Positions 38,791 through 52,387 of a DNA stretch of 63,664 nucleotides are shown piece by piece. This DNA is from Gnetum montanum. Taxonomy: Eukaryota; Plantae; Gnetophyta. A model generated the notes under the pieces. The model saw nothing but the letters and a program-made list of their open reading frames with translations, was not told where the DNA came from and made no database searches. The stretch lies in the NCBI GenBank assembly GCA_015680685.1, contig MNCI01001817.1, positions 1,083,532 through 1,147,195 of the forward strand. Reading direction: 5' to 3'. Positions within the stretch are counted from its first letter, which is position 1; every line of letters begins with the position of its first letter. A program made the position numbers and the translations under genes.

Positions 38791-38850
38791 TTGTAATTAA
38801 GCACACTCATATTGGAGCGATACTAGGATGGATGATCTCTCAAAAGTCTT
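38791..38850 (+). other. 5S rRNA-derived segment (internal control region) in the element 3 leader
   Basis: TTAAGCACACTCATATTGGAGCGATACTAGGATGGATGATCTCTCAAAAGTC aligns to plant 5S GTTAAGCGTGCTTGGGCGAGAGTAGTACTAGGATGGGTGACCTCCTGGGAAGTC. Confidence 0.7.
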
Positions 38851-39264
38851 AATTTACGTCAATTTTTTTTCAACTGAAAATGGCCCTAATTTGTAATTTT
38901 GAAGTTCAATTTTAGTAAAACAAGAGTCATTTCCAATAGATTTGAACCTCTTGGATGTAATGGAATAGTCATATTTAGCCTACAAGAGATGGAAAAGTAG
39001 TTTCTAAATTTGTTATTTAGCTCTTCAGAACATGAAAAAGCTTGATTGGAAACCTAACAAATGGAATATTCTTTTGAGTAATTAGTCTTTTGTGGCTAGT
39101 TGGGACTTAAGGAAGAGAAAATTATTTCACAATAGTTCTAACCTCTTTTAGAACCAATTAACGATCACATAACCCATAAAAAGGGCCATAGAGGTAAGGG
39201 GATGATCACCTTGTCTGGTTTCTTTGACTTATCAATGTCCAAAGTTGAGAGACTACATTAGAGA

Positions 39265-40772
39265 ATGATGGAATCCCAATTCAATGATTGAATGAATACC
39301 CTTAAACAACATAGTAATAAAATTAGAGTTTTCCAAGAGGAACTCCATCAATCAAACCAAGGGTTTGGGACAAATATGTAAAATATGTTAGAAGAGATTA
39401 GGGAATTATCCTAGAGTTTGAAAGCAAAATGGTAAAAATTTCAAGGGAAGATGGATTTCTTTATGGATTCCATCAAGAAATTAATTGATCATTTAATCCA
39501 ACCTTCCAAATAGAACCAATATTCACCTAGAGATCATAATCAAAATTAATTTCCATGTAGGGATTATCACCAAGATTAATTCCAACATCACTAAGATTAG
39601 TACCAAGATTAATTTTCTCCTAGGGATCAGTATTAAGATCAATCTCCACTTGTTGGATGATAAGGTGCCAACATTCCTTTACAAGGGCAAAGAATCAAAC
39701 TTAAAGGTAAGGGTTATTGGAATTGGCAAAATTCACCAAGAAAATCATTAATCCAAGTTCATGTCAAAAAGGTCAAACTTGATCATTATGATGGAGCCCT
39801 TGGGTCTAGTTCCAAAGTGAAAGATTGGCTTGATGCCATGGAGAATTATTTTGATATGTTGAATTTACCAAGCCAAGAATGTTTAGAATTAGTTTCTTTG
39901 TATTTAAGGGGACTTGTAGCAACATGGTGGAATGGACTATGATCTTAAGGCTTAATTACAAATTGGCTTAACTTTTGTTGATATTTTAAACAAAATATTG
40001 TACCAAATTTATTTCTTAAGATAAGATTGGGTAGGCAATCCGTGGAAGATTACTATAAGAAATTTTGTGATTTCTCCTAATATTTAAGCCATCAAGATGA
40101 GGGAGAGTTGGATTCAAAGTTTATTGATGGAATACATATGTAACTACATCCCCATACATGTGCAAATAATCGCCAAAAAGTTGATGAAGCATATAGAATT
40201 GCTATGGATTATGAGGAATCAAATCAAGTATGTATTAGCAAGGATAGAAGACACACCCACTAAGAGAACTTGATATAGATGTTTCACTTAAGATGAATAT
40301 TACTTCAAGCAAGATTATTCAAAATTATGAGCAAGAATGTAAAGAAAAAATCAAAACTAAAATTAAAAACCCAATTTCAATGTCATCAAAGGAGAGAGAA
40401 AAACTACTACTATGGCCACAATGAAGAAGATTTTAGCATCAATAAAGTTAGATTTGATAAAATTTCAATTTTCTTTAGTCATTTCTAAAGGATTAATTAA
40501 GGATCATAAGATTAAATTTTTGATTGATAGTGGAGCAAGTGATAATTTTTTTCACCAACTTTAGTTAAGCCATTAAATCTAATCTTACCTTCCAAGAAAG
40601 TTATTAGAAGAGAACTTGTAGATGGAATGATAGTAAGCAAGCATACTAGGTATGGAGAAATTACTTTTATCTTGCAAGATATTTCTTTTGTTGATGAATT
40701 ATTTGAATTTAAGTCAGGAGACATTGATGAAATATTAAGAATGTTTTCTTCTTCTACAAAAATTTGATATTA
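39265..40772 (+). pseudogene. gag: gag-protease of element 3
   Basis: DWLDAMENYFDML..LYLRGLVATWW; Q.VEDYY.KF; protease LIDSGASDNF. Confidence 0.75.
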
Positions 40773-40777
40773 CTACC

Positions 40778-43700
40778 TATCACACCCTAAAATTTCATAC
40801 TTAGATAATCCAAGTTTATCTATGAAAATATTCTAACATGGACATGTGATGTCATAATGCTTATAACCAAATGAAAATAATCACCAAAAGCATTATAAAT
40901 CTTAACCAAAATGCATGGTTAAATAATAACAAATTGGAATATGTTAAGAAATAATTCCATTATCCATAAATTATAACTGAATCTCATAACCAAACATGTT
41001 CATTGTCTAAAAAAGAGCTATTATTATTCAAGATTACAAAAGCACAAATACATTATGATCATCATGATTACAAAATAAAAATTTTAAAACATAAAGAAAG
41101 GCTCCAAGGATCTAGCTTCATCATCATATAACACCTAGCTTCTACTACCTAAATCTACATCCTCACATGTAGGAAGGATTAGAAATCTTCTAGTAGAAAT
41201 AACCACCTTGGTGCACCAAGAGTAAGCTGACAAATGGGGTATGTGTTGCACAAGTCAAGATCCATGAGATTATATACTAAAAAGCCATATTAAAATCATG
41301 ACATTCACAAAATGTCATGAGATAAACAGCTAAGAATGAACTAGAATCGATCATCTGAAAGGACTCTTGGTTTTTAAAGATCTCACCTATCTTAGATGGA
41401 TCTGATCCTCCTCAAGAACTAGTTGATTAATCTTATCTCTCTTGGATGAACTAAACCTAGATACAAACTTAGATGGATTACCCATTTTTTAGTTTTGTAT
41501 CATGAAAATCAACCACATGACATTCACAAGTAACATGAGTAAACATTGTTATCTAGAAAATTCCCCTAGAATGCTTACCCAATGTTACAACCTAAGTGTA
41601 ATCATAGGTAAGATGGATTAAGCAAGGATACCATCCTTACCTCTTACAATTCCTACCCATTAACACTTAGATCTAGCCATCCATAATATGAACATAAGTA
41701 ATGTTGGTTAAGTTTTTTAGAGGCCATATTAGACTTCATACAATGCTAACCCATAAATCTCATAATAATCCATCATGAGGAAATTAGAAAGAGGAATCAA
41801 AGATCAAGAATGCTCTAGAGAATATGTAAACAACATGAAATAGATAAGATAAATACTAACCATAAGATGTCCATATATTGGTATGTTTTACCTAATTTTG
41901 AATGACTTTGGTTGTGTTTCAAAGAGTTTAAGGTGTTCTAAGATTAAAGGGGACCTATTTAAGCACAAAACAGAACTCTTGATCTTCGTTTGGATAGTTT
42001 TCTAAACATTCCTAGTAGGAGAGATGTCTTGACCTACTAAGAGATGTCTCTGGTAAGACATCTCTAGTCCAACGAAGATGTCTCCTCCAAGCAGTCTTCT
42101 TGGAGACATCTCTTATGAGATGTCTCCCTCTCTATGAGACATTTCTTACAAACATCTTCTTCCTAGATAGATGTCTATGGCAAGATGTCTTTTCCACCAA
42201 AAATATGTATTTTGTAATTTCTAGTACTTTGGGAAAGACATCTTCCTAATCTCCAAGACATATACTTCTATCAGAAAAAGGATGAAATAATCACAACAGA
42301 TTACCAAAGGATAAAATTTCATTTGAAAATTCAAAAACATGAATGATAAAGCTAGTAATCACAAGGCAATAACTGAAACATTGAAATTGAATAATGAAAA
42401 ACAAAGCTTGGATTGGTTACTCTACCTTAATAAACTTAATAGATATTGGACTACAACACATGAGTTGAATGTCAAGGAATCAGATCACTACAAAAACGGA
42501 AGACACAATTGATGAGAAAGAGAAAGCAATGTTAGAGAAAGATAGAAGCTCACAATTAAATATAAGATTACAATCTCTACTAAATATAGCAACAATGGTT
42601 TACAATGAGTTATCTCCAAAATTACATTCATAATAAATGAAAAGGTTTAATAAGAGTTTGATAAGTAATAGGAATTCTCTAGTTCACATTGGAAAAGAAA
42701 ATAGAAGCAAGGCTTTGTGCAAGTTATCAAAAGTATGATATTTTTCCAAAAATCAATGTTCTAGATCACAACATGTGTCAACTTTCATCAACCTATTTTT
42801 AGTAAGAAACACCAAGAAAATTAGTAGCATATAAATCTAAAAGCTCAACAAAACAATATTAATAAAATATTCTATTAGATACCAATATTAGAATTTAAAA
42901 AAGAAATATTTCAAAATGGAAAGATGATAAAAATATAAATCAAGTTAAATAAAGCTAATTTAAAGATTCCATAATATAATGGAGCACAATCATTAATGTT
43001 TTAAAGGTGATGAGATCAAATCCTTAATAAGACTTAAATCAATAAAGATAGATGAAAGATAGTGATAAAATAGAGAATTAAAAATATGAGTTATTACATT
43101 CTCACTTCCTTAAGGAATCTTCCTCCTAGAAGATTAGAGAAGATTAGAGATTTTAGCAAGTTATATATTCTTGGAGCTATTTCTTCTTCTTTTCATTGGA
43201 TAACTTTCACAATACTACATGCTTTACCTCTAGAATAGTTATTGAATGACTCCTTATCCCTCTTTAGCTTTGGAAAAAATGCCTTAATGTGATCCATTTT
43301 CTTATAATAAAAACATGTTATTGTCTTACCTTGACTCTTTTTTTTGTAATAAATTGGTAAATTCTTATGTGGTTTCTCTTGCTCCATTCTTAGGGCCTTG
43401 TTTCTCTTTTCATCGATCTTTGTTAGGGCCTTCCTTTTCTATATCTTCTTATTTATCCCATCTTATCCTCGATCCTCCATTTAGTTCCTCTCCACTCATA
43501 GTACTCACATTCATGTCTTCTCATACTCTATTATAATAAAAGCTAATAAATGCTATTTGATGAATGGCCTTAGGTTCTTTAAAAATATTTTGGCATAAAA
43601 TTCATCATCTTTCAAAGCATGAGGAACATACTCAACTAACCCACAAAACTTACTATCATTTCATCTTGCACCAATATATAGAATTCATCTTCTTTCTTTT

Positions 43701-46164
43701 TTCAGTAGTTCTTAATGACATATTAATCTTCTAACTCCTTCTTGAAGTCATCCCATGCCACATTATTTACTTCCCATTCTTTAACTTGAAGTAAATTATT
43801 CCACGAATGTCTTGCAAAACCTTGGAGTTACTAAGTAGCCAACCTTGTGTTTTGGATTGGTATGCAACTCAAAATATTAAAAGCCTTCTTTATTTATTCC
43901 ACTAACTAATGGGCCACTGTTAAATCATCAATTTCTTTGAATGTAGGTGGAAGAAACTTCCTAAACTCTTTAACCAACTTTTGGTTACTAGGCTCTACAC
44001 TTGTGACTCCTTCTTGGTTACTTTCATTACTCAACAAGTTTAGCAGCATTTGGAGAAATTATTATTATACATTACTAGAACTTGCCTCATCACTCTCTCT
44101 TCTTCTTGGAGGCATCTACAAAAACTAACAAATTTGATCATTGATCCAAAAACCATGCTCTAATACCAACTTGTCACACCCAAAAATTTTATACTTAGAT
44201 AATCCAAGTTTAGTTACATAACTCTTATAATATGGACATGTGATGTCATAATGCTTATAACCAAAAGAAAATAATCACCATAAGCATTATAAACCCAAAT
44301 TAAAATGCATGGTTAACAAATAATGCATCAGAGTATATTAAGTAGTAATTCCATTATCCATAAATTGTAAATAAATCTTAACCAAACATGTTCATAGTCT
44401 CAAAAGAGAGTTGTTATTATCCAACATCACAAAAGCTCAAATACATCATGATCATCATAACTACAAAATCAAAATCTAAAAACATAAAGAAAGGCTTCAA
44501 TAATCTAGCTCCATCATTATCTAGCACCTAGCTCCTATCACTTGAATCTACATTCACACATGCAAGAAGAGTTATAAAAATTCTAGTAGATTTAACCACC
44601 TTGGTGCACCTAGCATAAGCTAACAAATGGAGCACTTTCTGCACAAGAAGCCACCTCAAGATCCATGAGATTATACACCAAAAATCCATATTCAAACCAT
44701 GATGTCCATAAAACATTAAGAGATATGCAAACCAATAATGAACTAGAATCAATTATGCATAAGGACTCTTAGTCTATAAAGATATCATCTATCTTAAATG
44801 GTAGTGATCCTCCTCAAGAACTGATTGACCTATCTCACCTCTCTTGGACAAACTAAACCTATATACAAACTCATACAAATTACCCATCCTTTAGTTGTAC
44901 ATCCTAAAATCTATCAACTTGACATTCATAGTTCTCCCATAATTCTTTCCCAATGTCACAACCTAAGTACAATCATAGATGATATGGGTTAAGCAAGGGC
45001 ATCATCCTTAACCTCCATAATGCCTTTCCATTAACTCTTAGTTCTAGCCACCCAAAGTACAATCATAAGTAATGTAAATCAAGTTCTAGAGACCATCCTA
45101 GACTTCCCACAATGCTTACCCATTGATCCCATAATAATCCATCATCAAGAGATTAATAAGATGCATCGAAGATCAGGCATACTCTAGAGATAAATGGTAA
45201 TCATAATATGACCATAAAATGGTACGTTTTACCTAATTATAGGCATTTTTAGGTGTGTTTCAAAGAGTTTGAAGTGTCTCAAGGCTAAAGGGGAGCTATT
45301 TGAACACAAAACAAAAATCTAGACCTCAATTTGGGTATATTTTTTAACAATCCTAGCAAGGGAGACATCTTGACCTACCAAGAGACATCTCTAATGAAAC
45401 ATCTCCAATCTAGAGGATACATCTCCTACAAAAAATCTCTTTGGATACATTGTCTATGAGACATCTTCCTCTCTAGCAAGACATCTCTTACCAGATGTCT
45501 TCTTCCTAGAGAGACATCTTTGGCAAGACCTCTTCTATGGTAAAGAGACATATTTTGCAATTTCTAGTACTTTAGGAAAGATGTCTTCTTGACCTTTAAG
45601 ACTTCTCATTTGGTTGGAAAAAGTGCGAAATGATTGCAAAACATCATCAAAGGATAAAAATTCATTGGAGACTCTAAAAACATGAATGATAAAGCTAGTA
45701 ATCACAAGGTAACAACTAGAACCTTGCAATTGAATAAGTGAAAACAAAGCTTGGATTTGTTACTCTACCTCAACAAACCAAATTGCAATAGAGATTGCAT
45801 TATAGCACGTGAGCTAAATACCAAGGAATCCAATCATAGCAAGAAAAGAAGACATAAATAATGAGAAATAGCAAGCAATGCTAGAGAGAGATAGGAGCCC
45901 ATAATTAAATACAAGATTATAGTTTCCATCCAATATTGCAATAATGATTTACAATGAGTTATTTCCAAAATCACATTCATTATAAATGAAAAGGTTTAGT
46001 AAGAGTTTGTTAAATGTGAGTCAATTTAAAGATTTCATAATATTATGGAGCACAATCATTAATGTTTTAAAGGTGATGAGATCAAATACTCCACAAGACT
46101 TAATTCAACAAAGATTAATGAAAGATAAAGATAAAATAGGAGGTTAAAAATATGAGTTATTACA
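40778..46164 (-). mobile_element. Element 4: non-autonomous gag-only LTR element (TR-GAG-like) with 2.0-2.3 kb LTRs
   Basis: LTRs 40778-43098 and 44172-46164; TSD CTACC at 40773-40777 and 46165-46169; Met PBS 44157-44168; PPT 43099-43114; 1.07 kb interior. Confidence 0.9.
43193..44115 (-). pseudogene. gag: gag of element 4
   Basis: Starts MPPRRRES; decayed gag core; decayed zinc knuckle ITCFYYKKMDHIKAFFP. Confidence 0.7.
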
Positions 46165-46169
46165 CTACC

Positions 46170-49110
46170 CATTTTGCAACCCATATTTTAGAAATGCCAA
46201 TCACTGATAGAGTCAGGGTTTTAAGGGGGTAGGAATAATGAAGAAAATTCATATAATAACTATTAAGCAAGCTAAGAGACTAGTTAAGAATGATGCTACT
46301 ATGTTCTTCGTAAAACTCAACCCCAAAAACTTTTTGATAGTGTGATTTCAAAAGAACTTGAAGAATATGAGGATTTAGTATTTTATGAAACTATGAAATT
46401 CCCTTTAAAAAGAATTGATGAACATTCCATTGAAATCTTTCCTAATACAAAACTAGTTTTAAAAGCCATATATAGGTTTTCCACTTTAGAATTAAGAGAA
46501 TTAAAAGTACAATTAGACCAATTATTAGAAGAATGGAAGATTCAACCAAGTATCTCACCTTGGGGGTACACCAGTTTTATTTGTTAAGAAGAAGAATGGT
46601 ACATTAAGGTTATGTATAGGGCATTAAACAAAGTAACAATTAAAAATGCCTATTCCTTACCTAGGATTAATGACCTATTTAACCAACTTATTAGAGCATG
46701 TTATTTTTCTAAGATTGATTTAAAATCAAGTTATCACCAAATAAGGATTAAAGAAAAATATTTTGATAAAACAACATTTAGAACTAGGTATGGATTCTAT
46801 GAGATTGTGGTGATGCTATTTAGATTGATCAATGCCCCTACAACATGCATCACATTAATGAATAATATCTTTCAAGAATGCCTTGATCAGTTTTTTATCA
46901 TATTTATAGATGACATATTTATTTATTCTAAGTCAAGAGAGGAACATATTAAACATTTACAATTTACAATGAAAATTCTCAAGGAATATCAATAAAAGGT
47001 AAAATTAAGTAAATGCAAACTCTTTAAAGAAGAAGTATCATACTTGAACCATCTTGTGTCTAAGCAAGGACTACAAGTAGATCCATCTAAAGGTAGTATA
47101 GTTTGTGATTAGCCAAATTTTAAAGATACTATAGTAGTTTGCATGTTCTTAGGCTTAGTAGCCTTTTCTCAACATTTTATTAAATATTATTCTACCTTGA
47201 TAGCCTTCTTGACTAACCTCTTATAAGAAAAATGTGCATTTAAGTTTGATGAAGAATGCAAGGAAGCTTTTCTAAGACTAAAGATTCTATTAACAATGGT
47301 GTCTATTGTGAGAATCCTAAATGAAGAGATATCATTTGAAGTATCTACGAATGCCTACAAAGTAGGGATTAGTATGGTTCTTTTACAAAAATATAAAGTG
47401 GTATGTTTTGAGTCTCATAAATTATGAGGATTTGAGGTAAACTACTTAACCCACAATCTAGAATTATTGATAAGTTTTCATGATTTAAGAATGGGATACA
47501 TTATCTTTGTGGAAAAAGATTTGTAATAAAAATATATCATAAAAGCCTAGAATATTTAGAGAGACAACCCATCTTAAACACTTGAAAATGAAGGGGGGTA
47601 GAATTATTGACCAAGTAAGATTTTGAAATTAAATATATTCTAGGGAAATAAAATATAGTGGATGAAAACCTTAGTCGTATGTGGATTAGTGTTGTGATAA
47701 CACATAAGAAAGAAGAGATCAAGGAATGGATAAAAAGAAGATCCTTATATCAAATTCATTGTAACCAATATTTCTTCTAAGCATCATTACCATCTTTTCC
47801 TAAATGATCTATTAATGAAGGGATAAAGGGTATACTAGAAGGAAATTGGATACTTAAATTATTGTCCAAAGCCCATGAAGTATCACATGCCAGACATCAT
47901 GGATATATTAAAATCTATGTGATGATACGCAAGTTTTATTTTTGGCCTAGAATGAAGAATGATGTATCCAAATACATTAAAAATTTCCCAACTTGCCAAA
48001 GAGTGAAGGTTGAACAAAACAAACTAAGAGGATTATTACAACCTATGTAGGTTCCAACACAAAAATGAAAAGATGTTATGAGGGATTTCATTGTGGGATG
48101 GCCAATAACCAAGAAAGGAAATGGCTTAATCTTGATGGTAGTTAATCATCTATCAAAATGGCTCATTTCATAACTCTAAAATCTATAAATACCACCAAAT
48201 ATGTAGTCCAAAAATTTGTACATGAGATATTTCAACTATATGGATGCCCAAAATCAATAACATCATATAGAGATCCTATGTTTATCTCTAAATTCTAGTG
48301 AAATGTCTTCAAGGAACTTGGGACTTAATTGAAATTTAGCATGCTATACCACTAAGAAACAAACAACCAAATGAAACATGTCAATTGAATACTAGAAGAT
48401 ATTCTATAAAGCTACATTAGAATTAGACCAAAAACATGGAAAAATTACTTGCATCTAGCTAAATTTTCTTAGAATAATAATTATTAAGGATCCATACATG
48501 TAACATTAGAAGTTATATACAAATGGAATTACCATACATCACTAACTAGGGTAGATCAAACTTTAAGAGCAAAGTGGAAGAAAGAAGAAATGAAAATCAT
48601 GGAAAATATCATTACAAGAGTTAAATAGAATTTGTAAGTAGCCTAGGATAAGTATAAGGGATATGCAAATTAACATTGCCTAAAAAAAAAATTCGGATTA
48701 GGGATCAAGTATTATTAAGAGTAAGGCCCACTAGGAATTCCTTAAGATAGGAAAATCTACTAAGTTAGCCCTAAGATACTTTGGACCTTTTGAAGTTTCA
48801 GAAATAATTAGTGTATCCTATCAATTAAGTATTCTAGTAAATTTAAAGATTACTCTTGTTTTCCATGTGAGTTTTCTTAAGAAGTTCCATTAGAATGATG
48901 TATCTTATGTACTATATTAGAATATCTTACCCCTAAGATCTAACATTAACTTTGAAGTTAAACCTATTGCAATTAAGGGTCATAGAACAAAGAAGATTTA
49001 TAATAAAACCATTAGCAAAGTACTCATCCAATGGTCTCATTGTGATTAATAAACTTGAAAAAATAGGGAGTTTATTCTCAACACCTACCCTTAACTTTTT
49101 TATCGTCATG
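46170..49110 (+). pseudogene. pol: pol of element 3 (RT-RH-INT-chromodomain-like)
   Basis: IQPSISPWG, YRALNKVTIKNAYSLPRINDLF, FSKIDLKSSYHQIRI, FIDD, HHGYIKIY..FWPRMKNDV..CQRVK, PRYFGPFE. Confidence 0.9.
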
Positions 49111-50487
49111 ATATTAAGTAATAAATTTTATTTATTAATAGGTAATAGTAAGAGATTAATTCATAGTTTTTATATCTATAGATGATAATGAAGATAATAA
49201 TGGAGCTAAAAGTGAGAGCATAGTGAGGATGTAATTGTTGACTTACTAGACATAGAGGAAGCACTTGAGGAAGGGTAAGATTCTTAAGGGAGGTAGATTG
49301 TATTGTCCCATCCTTTGTTAAGGGTAGAATTATGTTATTAATCATGTAATTAACCTTCAAAAGAAGGGGTTCCTTGTTATGAAAATTTGTAACTATTTAT
49401 GATACTTCTTGGGAAAGGGTTTGACTTGTGACATTTAAGTCTAAACTTAGAGGTCATATTAGCATGAAGTGGTGGAGCTAGATTGGTAAGTGATAAGAGC
49501 CGAGTGAAGTACGACAAGAAGAAATTGATCATACCTTCAGTATGATGGTGTGACATTCTATTCCCAGTTGTCATGGCAAACATCAAATATACATTATATT
49601 AGAAATTATGCATAAAGAACATAATAGGAAAAATGCAGAAGAGAAAAGAAAAGAATGCTTTATTGATGCAGAATAGTATGTTTGGATCATGCTCTGAGAG
49701 TGTTCCTTGGGGTTTTCTTCCTTCAACATCTATCCCTTAGAGGTAATCCAGCAGTGCCACCATGGTTAGGCCTACAACTGACTAGAATGGATGGTTAGTC
49801 CTCTTCCTGTCCCACTTTACTCGACACCTGTTACTCACCTTTACTGGTTTTACAACTCCATGTTGATACAACCTTTGATCCATAGGTATAAATTCCTTAG
49901 TTCAAACCCCCAAAGGTTACTAAAGATACACATCCATTATTACAACATGTCCTTTCATATCTTAATTACAACTTTCCTTTTAGGTCTTGTTATGATAATG
50001 ATAAGACTTGTAATGAAGAAGCTTCATCTTCATTATGTAGCATCTTTGGAAATAGGGACATTACAATCTACTCTCCTTAGGTTTTATTTGTCCTCAAACA
50101 AGTCCACTTTCACTATCTTTTTCTAGCTTAAATGATTCTTTTATGATCCTATGCTTCAATAATTTGATTTGTCCTTTGGACTTGAAGTTGTCTCTTGCTT
50201 ATTCTACAAATAAAATATAAGTGAAAAGAATTTATATAAGTATTAAATATTATTTTATTAATACTTATCTCATTTTCTAAAATAATGACAAGAGTTAAAT
50301 TAAAGATCTACCAATGACTAATCACTAGTTGTAACTAGGATCACATAAGATACAACTCATATTTAATTATCCAAGTGAAGGTAGGGAAAATCCTTATTCC
50401 GAACTTGCATTACCATAAAAATTTTACTTATCTAAATTAAAATATAAATAATAAATAAAATTAAGAAAATCATAAATAAAAGTAAGG

Positions 50488-51746
50488 TTAAGATGCTTCC
50501 TCATCTTGATCAACCTTTGGAGTTAATGGAAGTAGTTGTAATTCTGCCATAGGTGATATATGATTAGATGATCTTGTTCAAGATGGAAGGGCTTGATCTT
50601 GCTTCTTCTCAATGTTTTCTTTAGGAATTAACTCTAGCAACTTGCTAACTTGGAAGAATCGAACATCATACCAAATATAATCTAGGATCTCAATGAAGAA
50701 TGATGTTAACCCATCTTCATTAATCATGGTAGAGTAATTGGTAAACTGTGATTCTTGATAAATACTATCCATCAACATCATCTATTCCTAAATTCTAGAA
50801 TCTGATTTATCTATTGAAGATTCGAAGTAAGCATAATATGCACTAGCTAATGGAATTGCATGTTGAATTGATGGGAACTCCTTCTTCAAATTGGGTTTGT
50901 CTTTCAAGGATTCCTTTACACATCCATGTTTTACGAATTGATAAACATTGCTTCTAAATTTTGTATTGAAGTCTCCATAAAGAAAAATTAGCACTAGATT
51001 GGTATGGCATAGGAATAACTTATTCTTCAAACTTTCTTCTATTTTCTTAATCAAGTATGCCTCTTGACACAATCTAACATATGGACATGTTGATTTGGCA
51101 ACTAAATGTGTTAACTACACATACACATCTTCCTAATAACTCAATTTTTAGTATCATTTCCAAAGTAATGTGGCTTCTCTAGAACCTTGACCATTCTTTC
51201 TTTCCCATGATTTGAAGTTTTGGGATTTTAAAAATGGTATCTTCTAAACTCCATTTAAATCTTTGTACTAATTCAAAGTTGTCTTCTTTATAAAAGATCA
51301 CATAACCATCAATGTTATGATTTTTGTAATAAGCTCATCTTTATGGCTCAAAAGAAGAACTTCCAAAAGAACCTTTTTGCTTGTAAATACCTTTGTATCT
51401 CATCTTTCCCAAGCTCAATTGGAACTGGTATAGAAATTTCCATGGCAAGACTTTTTGTAGGCATAAGACATCAACATCTAAATCTTGTAACTTTGCTAAG
51501 ATGCACAGATATCAAGCCCAAGACCCATGGAGGACATAGTAGATGTTGTCTCTCACTAAATAGGGCTCTTGCAAGCATGTTATATGTTGCAAATTTCATT
51601 CTCACTCTTGGATTCTCTTCTACATCATTACTCTTCATGGTATCATACACCTTGTCAGAATGAGATTATAACTCTTCTTGTTTTTCTTTAGTATGATTTA
51701 ATTACAAGACAAATTGATATACATCTTCTTAACCATTTTGGTTCAT
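50488..51746 (-). pseudogene. CCR4: Intronless CCR4-type deadenylase (EEP nuclease) domain
   Basis: In order: FATYNMLAR, CPPWVL, DVDVLCLQKV, YKGIYKQK, IDGYVIFYK, CVVNT, VRLCQ, GDFNT, HAIPLASAY, QFTNY, LDYIWY, LLEL, ALPS*TRSSNHI. Confidence 0.85.
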
Positions 51747-52320
51747 CAATTGATTTTGGCAATATTTAGCTATGTTATCTAATTTTTAATGACCTTTCTA
51801 CACCACTTAAGACACCGATTCTAGTAGTGTAACTAAATGACAAACTAATGGTTTAGAAAGCTAAGACTATCTATCTACATAGGTTACATGCTTAATCTTA
51901 AGGTTTAAGACGTTAAATTTGTAAGTCTCAATAATTAAATTGGTAGGCATAATTAGCTAGTCTATGTTATAGCCTCTTCAAACATGATTTAAGTTATCAT
52001 TAAATTATTGGGTAACCAAATAATAAATCTAACCTTGCTATTAAATCTAGAAGGCTAACAAATGTTAGAAATAATTATTCAAATGTTAAAAATGGACATT
52101 GTATGCTTGAGTTATGCTAAAATGGAGTTTTTAAAGATCTTGAGGCATCATATTGGGCAAGGAGTAAAACTAATATTTAAAGTTTCATGGCATAGATCTG
52201 ACTTCACCATTACATCCAAGAGGTTGAAATATATAGGAAACAACTCTTTGTTTGTTGAAAAGGGCTTCCAAAATAAAAAATTATGACTTCTAGAGTTGAA
52301 AATATTAGACATGAAAAACA

Positions 52321-52387
52321 AGACTTCTCAAAAGATCATCCATCCTAGTACTACTCTAGAGCAAGCACACTTGATTAAATAATTCTT
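52321..52387 (-). other. 5S rRNA-derived segment in the element 5 leader
   Basis: Minus strand AAGTGTGCTTGCTCTAGAGTAGTACTAGGATGGATGATCTTTTGAGAAGTC. Confidence 0.75.

Larger units (their letters stand above)
34639..49548 (+). mobile_element. Element 3: decayed chromovirus Ty3/gypsy element
   Basis: 5' LTR 34639-35135 homologous to partial 3' LTR 49299-49548; Met PBS TGGTATTGGAGC 35138-35149; PPT AAGGGAGGTAGA ~49286-49297; gag-PROT-RT-RH-INT and chromodomain-like remnants. Confidence 0.85.

Noticed and set aside
38791-38850. Functional 5S rRNA gene (also 52321-52387)
   Set aside because: Only the central ~60 nt, diverged, embedded in retroelement leaders
50488-51746. LINE APE endonuclease interpretation
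   Set aside because: CPPWVL, HAIPLASAY, FTNY and LPS..SS(D)H are CCR4-type motifs; no LINE RT follows
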